64,000 nt of DNA from positions 7,901-71,900 of the forward strand of contig CAYXPQ010000002.1 in assembly GCA_964467225.1 (NCBI GenBank), in the 5' to 3' direction. This DNA is from an uncultured Candidatus Saccharibacteria bacterium. Its GTDB lineage: Bacteria; Patescibacteriota; Minisyncoccia; Phycocordibacterales; PALSA-1337. A program made the position numbers and the translations under genes. The notes under the pieces were generated by a model. The model did not search any database, had not been told where the DNA came from, and saw only the letters and a list, made by a program, of their open reading frames with translations. Of the stretch, positions 56,538 to 64,000 are shown one piece after another (position 1 is the first letter of the stretch; every line of letters starts with the position of its first letter).

Positions 56538-59500
56538 CTAAATTATCTGCTTAACTCCACTAAGTATGCGCACTGGGATCTGTTTGATGAATTCAGCAAT
56601 TTTATTTAATATTCCTTTGATATATTGAACAAACACATCATTATATGATAAGGGATCAAAATTAAAGTATTCGGAATCATCATTGAATATATAGTCAGTC
56701 ATTTTATCTGGAGTAGGATTAGTAGATTTTATGTTTTTAGTTGAAACACCAGTCGGATTATTTGTCGAAGTATTCTTTACTGGAGTTACTTTTATATTTA
56801 CTTGTTTGACTGTTGGTACAATAGTACCGAGACCAGCCTTTATTGGTGTATAAACAATATTTGGTGCAATATTTGGAACATAATTTGCCCCTCCTTCTAT
56901 TACTTCGTACACAGAGAATCCATCGACGTTAAATACTAATGTTTTATTTATGAATGAAATAATACTACAAGTTGTACATGGAGTTCCGTCCTTCAAGATC
57001 TTAGGTTTTATTACATTTACATTGTACATAGTAATAATGGCTCTCTTATTTAATTGTGGTAGATTTTTAGAATTTAGTGAGACCTTATTTTGTGAGAATA
57101 CAAGATTAGAATCAATATCTAATTGATTAATAATTGATGAATCATCGTTATATAATTTTGTTGGTTGTCTAAAATTAATTTTTCCAAGTGTGCTTTTGCC
57201 AATTATGAAGTCCGGATAATATGATAGATCTTGATCGAAATTTGGCTTTATATCAAAATTATCGACTTTTGGCTTTGGACATCCATATTTATTAACTACC
57301 GATCTTAATGATGCAGAAGTATTCTGACACATATCAGAAGAATCCATAACTCCATCTAAATCTGTGTCGACAGTAATTAATATTCTTGTAGTAAATGTAT
57401 TATCTGTTGAAACAGAAACATTGCCAGATGCATCCTTAGTTATTACTCTATAGTGGTACAAAGTATTTGGATTCAATCCTGAAATTGATATTGAATGAGA
57501 ATTTACAAGAGTTTGACTAAATGAAGTACTATTGCCATAAGAATCAGTCAAACCATATTCTATCTGAGCATATGTTGGCTCATTAGTCTGGAATGTAATT
57601 GTTGTTTCTCCAGCAGTTACAGAAGGTGCAGCAACATTATTTATTATTGGAGGAATACTATCTATTTCGACAATTACATTAGCAATTGTAACGTTTACTG
57701 GATTAGATATTGCGGTATTACCATTTATATCTGTAGCTTGAGCAGTTAATATATGATTACCATTTGTAACTCCTACAGTATTCCATGCACCAGAATATGG
57801 AGGTTGAGTAAATAAACCTCCAAAATTCACACCGTCCAATTTAAATTGAACACTTTGTACTGCTATATTATCAGTAGCAATAGCCAGAATTGGAACAGAA
57901 TCTTTTATAATAGAATCATTTGTTGGTGAAGAAATAGAAATAGTGGGAGGAGTTGTATCAGCCGCGATAATATTGAAAGAACATGAAGCATTTGTACCAC
58001 CATTTGACTCAACACAAGACCAAAGATTTTGAGTTGCAGAATCTGGCAAATCAGAGAATGCTCCAGAGACACATTGGTTAAGAATCGCTGAGCATTGTCC
58101 AGTAACAACAATAGGGGTTGGAGGCGGATCTTCAGGTAGTGTTGGTGCTGAATAATTTACAGCACTATTCTTTATTGCTGTTCTAGTAGTTGTATTACCT
58201 ATGAATTCTGTAAACCAATAATAAGTTTTACCAGAATTTAATTTATACCGATTATATATTTCACTATATGTTAAAGCTTTTTTGTACATCACAAACTCAT
58301 CAATAAAACCGTTAAATGAAGCCCCGGAGCCAGAATATCCCAGTACAAATAGATTGTTGTTGTCAGACTTTGTAAATGCAGGAATTTGGCATGCAGGAGC
58401 TGGAGTAAGTCTTGGTGTAGGACAATTTGTGTCTTTCGTACCTCCAAGATTTCCATTTACATTCTTACCATCTAGATATATGTCCATTTTTCTTAATTCT
58501 TGCTGAAAACCAGAACCATCAAATACAAAGACTAGGTGATGATAGGTGTTATCTGCTGGGAATTTAATATTGCTATATCTTTCTCTAGTAATTGTTCCAT
58601 CAGAGACTTGAAATATTATCTCCCTACCTGTCTCACGTATTCTAGCTGCATAAGGTGAGAAATCTAATGAGAAACTACTAACATCGCCCTTTGAAAATAG
58701 TCGAGAAGAACCATTCAAAGATGGGGATTTGAGCCACATCTCAATAGTGAATTGATTTAAGTTATTTAAACTTAAATCATTTGGAATTCTAATGCTCTTT
58801 GAATTAGTTGTACCATCAGATTTTAATCCGCCAGCAAATTTTCCATATGAATCTCCATACTCAAGTGTTCCAGCAACTGTGTTTACCAAAGTGGCATTTC
58901 TAGCATAAGAGCTGAAATCCTTTACACTAGTTGTAGTCTCAGCCATCTCTGCTCTTTTGTCAAAATGATACAACATTAAGGTATTTGAATCAGAAGTACG
59001 AATAGGAGCATCCCACGGATAAGTTATTGTACTTCCATTTGCCACATCTTGAGCAAACAATAGATCATTAATTCCAGGTGATGGATTTTCACTTCCAAAA
59101 ACTCTTACTCTCATAGGGTTTTTGTCACCATTTACTGCTTCACTAATTAGTATACTGTCATTACTTGCAACAGTGCCAAATTGGAAGAAAGTTTTATTAA
59201 CTAAATTGGGATCATATGTATTTACTGTAATATAAACTGGGTTATTATTGAGAGTATAGCTAAATCTTTGTCCTGAAGAATAATTACCCAATACCTTACC
59301 AAACATATCATAAATTGTAATTGCTGCAGGTAATGAGTTATTCTCTATTACAACTGTCTTGCCGGGTACATCTGTCCACGCAACCATCACACTATTATTT
59401 GTATCCTTAATGAACTGCATCATTACAATACTCTCGTCATCCACAAAATCGCCTTTAGCAACATAACCTTTAAATTTAATATTCGCACCATCAAGAAAAT

Positions 59501-62500
59501 ACGCTGAGTTCGCAATTGCAACTGCAGTTGCCTTTAGACTTGTATCATATTCATTTAATGTCCATGTATATGAATATCCAGGCGAATGATCACCAGTTGA
59601 AGGGAAATTCAACCAGTAATAGTATAATGGAGAGTCAGCAGCTTTATGATTAGCTAAATACCTTACTGAGTCTGCCGCATGGCCATTTCTATCATCATTT
59701 GGATCAAAATCTGCTTTTGTTTTATAGAAAGTTCCCCCACCTAAAGCACCTCCCTCAGTATTCCACACCCTCATACTACCTCCACTTATTACTTGAGTGT
59801 GATTTTTTAGCGTGTCATAGAAATTAGTACCCATTAATGTTGCATGAGTAGCATAATAATGAGCTGATAGAATATCCAGTTGGGAAATTAATTGATCCTT
59901 AACATCTTTATATGAATAATTCTGTCCAGGAATTAAAGAAACGGTACCTGACCAGCCCACTAATTTTGCTGAAGGATCAGCTCTGCTTGCACCTCTCTTT
60001 GCGGCTTGTACCAGTGATAAATATTCAGGACCAGTCATATGCTGGATACCATTTGATGGATCAACAGAAAAAGTCTCATTATAAATTTCCCACTCTTTAA
60101 TATCGTTTTTATAACGATCGACAATTCTATATACATAATTTTCCCAATCAGAAAGGGAATTCGGCATTGACTTACTTGTAGCACCCGCCCAAGAAGGTGT
60201 CACGCTCAAGAATCCATATGGCTGTAGTCCCATTGCTATGGTTCTATTTATTCTAAAATCTGGGAAATCAAAGACTCCCTTTGTCTTCTCAACTACCCCC
60301 CATGCCAAATCTCCATGAGGTCTAATTCTAGTTAAGCCCAATTTTTTGACCAACTTTACACTTCCAGCATTTAAATTTGAATCAATACCATAAATAGAAT
60401 CACTTGGATTGATATTTTTTTGTACAGGTATTGTTGAGAATACCTTCTCTGATTTAATTACACCATTTACCTTAGCTATTATCCTATAGTGACCTCTCAA
60501 ATTTGTACCAAAAGAGGTATTTTGTCTTACTCTTTGTTTTGATGGAACATTAAATGAAATTGATTTTTGAGAAACAATACTTCCAAAAAAGTCTTCTAGG
60601 GTCAGATCAACTGTGTCTGAAAATGTCTGATCAGAATTATTAGCTAAATATACACCAACTAAGGTGTCTGCACCCCATTGAAATGCATTAAATTCACTTT
60701 CTGGATACATACCAACTTCAATTGGATTAGTTGTATAGTTTGTTAAATTACCCTTCTCAAATTTTATAGCATCTATCAAACCAGCAAACCTTGGGTTTGT
60801 AGGGTATGGATTTTGCCATGGTGGATCACCTGGGAAGACTATCCTAATGACATATTTACCACTAGCTGATGAAGGTAGAGTAAATGTCCAGTCATACCTA
60901 TTCCATGTATTTGTAAGAGTAAATTTTGGACTTTTTGCAAGAAGAGAACCAAAGCCACCTCTACCTCTTGTAGAGTCGTATATTTGATACTCAACTTGAC
61001 CACCACCGACAATATATTTAATACTTGCACTGAGAGTATAAACAGATCCAGCATCGGCAATAACGGGCTGATATGATAATGTATTTTGATATTCACCTGT
61101 ATAAGGAGAATTGAATGGTAAATCATTTGCATTATTCACATATGGCCATTTCAAACTATACATACCATGAACAGAATCAGCAGATAATTCACTTTCAGAT
61201 ATTTTACTGCCTCCAAAACCCCAAAAATTATCTCCAGGTGTTTCAAAACTACTATTATCTAACAAATTATTATTATTTAATAATTGTAACGTTGCTCTAG
61301 TCTTTTCTGTTACAATAGTAGATTTTGCAGAAATATTATTTGAAGTGTCGTAGGCATATACAGTGTAGGAATATGATGTATCAGGACTTAAGGAAATATT
61401 TGAAAAAGTGAGATTTGTAGTGGTAGCAATATCAACACCATCTCTAGAGATCACATATCCAGCAATAGCCACATTGTCAGTACAAGCACCCCAATCCAGC
61501 TTTATTTCAGAGCTTGAAATAGCAGTAGCAATTAACCCTGTTGGAACTGTTGGTGGAGTATTATCAGTCACTGCTACAGGATTTACAGTTATTACAATAT
61601 CTGAATTTGTTGTTGCAATTGAATCCGTAGCCGTCAATCTTAAGGTATAGGTTCCAGAAGTTGAGAATGTAGCTGATGTATTCAAACTATTTGAATTAGC
61701 AAATGTAACAGTGCCAGGGCCCTGAACCATACTCCATGTAGTTGTTAGGATTGAACCACTTGGCTGACCATCATCATTTGCTGTACCACTCAAGGCAGCA
61801 TTGGCAGGCAAGGTAATTGTCTGATTACTACCAGCAGATACAGTTGGAGCTTGATTTGTTGGTGAAGAAGGTGGAGGGGATGAGGATTCTGTATAACTAT
61901 ATACTTCAGAAATTTCTGAAGATGATAATGCTCTATCATAAATCCTCACATCATCTATTAATCCATTAAATGATAGTCCCGCTGCTGTATTATGCTCCCA
62001 TCCCACAACCAAATTGAAAGAAGTATCAGGCAAAAAAGCTGGAAAATTTCCAGTATAATTTGCAGTTCTTTCAGAACCATTTATATATATTTTTGCCTTT
62101 AAAGAATTGGTTGATTGAGTTCCATCAAATACTATAGCAACATGGGTCCATGCATTAGCACTCAAAAATGAACCAGTTGTATATGCATCGACTACTGCAC
62201 CTGAAATATCTCTAGTTTGGAATCTAATATCATTAGTATCATCGGTAGCATGCACAGCCCATCCGAATGCTGCTGCTGCAGCATTCGCTTTTGTGACATG
62301 GTATGCTCTCAATTTCAAGGTAGCAGGATTGATCCAATAGGTTACAGTCATTTGCTGTAATCCATCAACAGCACCCACATCACCTACTCTTACATAATCA
62401 TTTGTACCATCAAATTGAATAGCTCCTGACCCAACTTTACCCGATGTCCAAGTAGGACCATTTATCAAACTGCCTGTATTACTCATTGCACTATCATTGG

Positions 62501-62690
62501 CTATAGTCCCTATACTTTCATCAAATTTATAATAAGCGACTAGTCCATTGCCTATAGACGACGATACCTGTGCAACTTGATAATGCACAGGTATGTCGAA
62601 ATTTGAATAGGAATAAATCAGCGTTAAAGATAATAACAAAGTAGAAAAAATCAATGCTATTCCGTATGATGTATGTATCCTCGTTTTCAA
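56538..62690 (-). CDS. Giant secreted/membrane-anchored multidomain surface protein: 2x LamG (concanavalin-like) domains, a clan GH-A glycoside hydrolase TIM barrel, multiple Ig/FN3-like beta domains
   Basis: 2050 aa with an N-terminal signal/anchor. LamG_3-like motifs (LVAYYKFDE...DDVRIYDRALS) occur twice. A GH-A catalytic acid motif EIYNE sits in a TIM-barrel-like region, and the tail is long, beta-rich and Thr/Ser/Asn-rich. Confidence 0.7.
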   Translation of the reverse strand: MKTRIHTSYGIALIFSTLLLSLTLIYSYSNFDIPVHYQVAQVSSSIGNGLVAYYKFDESIGTIANDSAMSNTGSLINGPTWTSGKVGSGAIQFDGTNDYVRVGDVGAVDGLQQMTVTYWINPATLKLRAYHVTKANAAAAAFGWAVHATDDTNDIRFQTRDISGAVVDAYTTGSFLSANAWTHVAIVFDGTQSTNSLKAKIYINGSERTANYTGNFPAFLPDTSFNLVVGWEHNTAAGLSFNGLIDDVRIYDRALSSSEISEVYSYTESSSPPPSSPTNQAPTVSAGSNQTITLPANAALSGTANDDGQPSGSILTTTWSMVQGPGTVTFANSNSLNTSATFSTSGTYTLRLTATDSIATTNSDIVITVNPVAVTDNTPPTVPTGLIATAISSSEIKLDWGACTDNVAIAGYVISRDGVDIATTTNLTFSNISLSPDTSYSYTVYAYDTSNNISAKSTIVTEKTRATLQLLNNNNLLDNSSFETPGDNFWGFGGSKISESELSADSVHGMYSLKWPYVNNANDLPFNSPYTGEYQNTLSYQPVIADAGSVYTLSASIKYIVGGGQVEYQIYDSTRGRGGFGSLLAKSPKFTLTNTWNRYDWTFTLPSSASGKYVIRIVFPGDPPWQNPYPTNPRFAGLIDAIKFEKGNLTNYTTNPIEVGMYPESEFNAFQWGADTLVGVYLANNSDQTFSDTVDLTLEDFFGSIVSQKSISFNVPSKQRVRQNTSFGTNLRGHYRIIAKVNGVIKSEKVFSTIPVQKNINPSDSIYGIDSNLNAGSVKLVKKLGLTRIRPHGDLAWGVVEKTKGVFDFPDFRINRTIAMGLQPYGFLSVTPSWAGATSKSMPNSLSDWENYVYRIVDRYKNDIKEWEIYNETFSVDPSNGIQHMTGPEYLSLVQAAKRGASRADPSAKLVGWSGTVSLIPGQNYSYKDVKDQLISQLDILSAHYYATHATLMGTNFYDTLKNHTQVISGGSMRVWNTEGGALGGGTFYKTKADFDPNDDRNGHAADSVRYLANHKAADSPLYYYWLNFPSTGDHSPGYSYTWTLNEYDTSLKATAVAIANSAYFLDGANIKFKGYVAKGDFVDDESIVMMQFIKDTNNSVMVAWTDVPGKTVVIENNSLPAAITIYDMFGKVLGNYSSGQRFSYTLNNNPVYITVNTYDPNLVNKTFFQFGTVASNDSILISEAVNGDKNPMRVRVFGSENPSPGINDLLFAQDVANGSTITYPWDAPIRTSDSNTLMLYHFDKRAEMAETTTSVKDFSSYARNATLVNTVAGTLEYGDSYGKFAGGLKSDGTTNSKSIRIPNDLSLNNLNQFTIEMWLKSPSLNGSSRLFSKGDVSSFSLDFSPYAARIRETGREIIFQVSDGTITRERYSNIKFPADNTYHHLVFVFDGSGFQQELRKMDIYLDGKNVNGNLGGTKDTNCPTPRLTPAPACQIPAFTKSDNNNLFVLGYSGSGASFNGFIDEFVMYKKALTYSEIYNRYKLNSGKTYYWFTEFIGNTTTRTAIKNSAVNYSAPTLPEDPPPTPIVVTGQCSAILNQCVSGAFSDLPDSATQNLWSCVESNGGTNASCSFNIIAADTTPPTISISSPTNDSIIKDSVPILAIATDNIAVQSVQFKLDGVNFGGLFTQPPYSGAWNTVGVTNGNHILTAQATDINGNTAISNPVNVTIANVIVEIDSIPPIINNVAAPSVTAGETTITFQTNEPTYAQIEYGLTDSYGNSTSFSQTLVNSHSISISGLNPNTLYHYRVITKDASGNVSVSTDNTFTTRILITVDTDLDGVMDSSDMCQNTSASLRSVVNKYGCPKPKVDNFDIKPNFDQDLSYYPDFIIGKSTLGKINFRQPTKLYNDDSSIINQLDIDSNLVFSQNKVSLNSKNLPQLNKRAIITMYNVNVIKPKILKDGTPCTTCSIISFINKTLVFNVDGFSVYEVIEGGANYVPNIAPNIVYTPIKAGLGTIVPTVKQVNIKVTPVKNTSTNNPTGVSTKNIKSTNPTPDKMTDYIFNDDSEYFNFDPLSYNDVFVQYIKGILNKIAEFIKQIPVRILSGVKQII

Positions 62691-62772
62691 GATAATTTAT
62701 TAAAATTGTTTAATAAATTATAACATTGAATCAACAATAATTTTAGATTGATATGTTGATAAAAAATTAAAA

Positions 62773-64000
62773 TTAATAGCTTTCTTCTTCCTTTGGCCTT
62801 ACATCTTCAATCATTCTGTTCTTAACACTTCCAATAAAGCCAGAACCTGCTGGAATTAACCTACCTATAATGACATTTTCCATTAGTCCAATCAGATTAT
62901 CTTCTCCACCTCTTACAGCACTATTTATTAGTACTTTTGTTGTATCTTGGAATGAAGCAGCTGACAAGAAGCTCTTTCTTGATAGAGAAACTTTTGTTAT
63001 ACCCATTACTACTGGTATAGCCTTAGCAACTTCTCCATCATTCTTCTTTACTCTTTCATTCTCTTCTCTTAATTGTAATTCATCTACAATCATACCTTCT
63101 GCAAGATTTGTATCGCCTGCATTCTCCACTCTTCTTCTTGAGAACATTTGTTTAACAATAATTTCAATATGCTTTCGTGCTACGGTTTCTCCTTGAAGTT
63201 CATAGATCTTTGCAATTTCACCGATAACATAATCCTTTGCTCTTTCAGCACCTCCAAAATCGAATACTTCATCTATATCTGCTGATCCATCTGTTAATAG
63301 ATCTCCTTTATGAACTGTATCTCCAACTCTTACTAGAGCTGTTCTCTTAACATGGAATAGATACTCAACCTCGCTTGCCTTTTTACCCTTTGCTCTATCT
63401 TCTAATTCTGGCATCACTCTTATAACCTTCTCTTTACCAAGATCCTTTACTTCTGTGACTGCACCATCAACTGTAGCAACTACAGCAGGATTCTTTGGTC
63501 TTCTCTTCTCAAATATTTCTTCAACTCTTGGAAGACCTTGAGTAATATCTCCACCCACAGAAGCTGTACCTCCGGCATGGAATGTTCTCATCGTTAGCTG
63601 TGTTCCTGGTTCACCGATAGCTTGTCCAGCTACTGTACCTACTGCCTCGCCGATTTCTACTAGTTTATTCTTTCCTAGATCAGCTCCATAACATTGAGCA
63701 CATACACCTTGTATACTCTTACATGAAAGAGGAGATCGGACTTTAACTATAGTTATTCCACTCTCTTCGATTTGCATCGCTTCAAGCTTAGTTAGTAAAT
63801 GATTTTTCTTAAATAGGACCTTTCCTTTATCATCAACAAGATCTTCAGCCAATACTCTTCCTCTAATATTCTTAGATAATGGGATATTAATTCCCGAAGC
63901 TGTTTGTTTCTTTATTACAATAAAATCTTTTGTACCACAATCATCTTCATTAATCATCACATCTTGAGCCACAACGAAAAGCTTTCTTGTAAGATAACCA
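62773..64000 (-). CDS. rpoC: RNA polymerase beta' subunit, C-terminal part (gene continues beyond the window end)
   Basis: Matches beta' C-terminal conserved blocks (CAQCYG, GEAVGTVAGQAIGEPGTQLTMRTFH, NVIIGRLIPAGSG). There is no start codon inside the window. Confidence 0.85.
   Translation of the reverse strand, partial: GYLTRKLFVVAQDVMINEDDCGTKDFIVIKKQTASGINIPLSKNIRGRVLAEDLVDDKGKVLFKKNHLLTKLEAMQIEESGITIVKVRSPLSCKSIQGVCAQCYGADLGKNKLVEIGEAVGTVAGQAIGEPGTQLTMRTFHAGGTASVGGDITQGLPRVEEIFEKRRPKNPAVVATVDGAVTEVKDLGKEKVIRVMPELEDRAKGKKASEVEYLFHVKRTALVRVGDTVHKGDLLTDGSADIDEVFDFGGAERAKDYVIGEIAKIYELQGETVARKHIEIIVKQMFSRRRVENAGDTNLAEGMIVDELQLREENERVKKNDGEVAKAIPVVMGITKVSLSRKSFLSAASFQDTTKVLINSAVRGGEDNLIGLMENVIIGRLIPAGSGFIGSVKNRMIEDVRPKEEESY

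Noticed and set aside
1-64000. CRISPR arrays or rRNA genes
   Set aside because: No regularly spaced direct repeats with unique spacers and no rRNA-like conserved stretches were seen anywhere in the window.

Overview
This is a low-GC (about 30%), gene-dense bacterial chromosomal window, coded almost entirely on the minus strand, that looks like a reduced Patescibacteria/CPR-type genome. The evidence for that lineage is a short IF-2, an RF2 with no programmed frameshift, tRNAs without encoded CCA, a membrane-anchored solute-binding protein, and a 2050-aa LamG/glycosidase surface protein. RF2 is present and the ORFs are intact, so the standard genetic code is in use.

Housekeeping content in window order:
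- partial hppA
- lexA with an SOS box
- an SPFH protein
- a truncated dcw block (mraZ-rsmH-ftsL-ftsI-murF)
- lysS
- greA
- mrdA-mreDCB
- proS
- csp
- apbE plus its FMN-binding substrate
- an ABC exporter
- an MGMT/ASCH pair
- a type IV pilin
- pyrG
- ftsEX
- prfB
- infB-rbfA
- gyrA
- rpsA
- truB
- hisS
- a ZIP transporter
- dsbA
- a UvrD-like helicase-nuclease
- rpoD
- dnaG
- the rpoC 3' end

Eight tRNAs were found (Glu, Gln, Thr, Cys, Leu-TAA, Lys, Leu-TAG, and one atypical tRNA-like gene).

Five regions are not ordinary core genome:
- A tRNA-Glu / HEPN-protein / degenerate-tRNA islet replaces the expected continuation of the dcw cluster after murF.
- A GC-rich (about 45-55% by eye) three-gene block encoding membrane/secreted proteins sits directly after a four-tRNA cluster.
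- Five paralogous small signal-peptide plus two-TM 'pilin-like' proteins form a tandem array co-operonic with gyrA, a methyltransferase and an orphan solute-binding protein.
- A 3.1-kb five-gene segment (coiled-coil repeat protein, small membrane protein, MBL-fold hydrolase, SAM methyltransferase, unknown protein) is bracketed by two nested pairs of perfect inverted repeats. Those repeats form the identical 5' leaders and 3' terminators of two sequence-divergent GC-rich small membrane-protein genes that face each other across the segment.
- Several isolated GC-rich genes look horizontally acquired.

No CRISPR array, integrase or transposase was seen.
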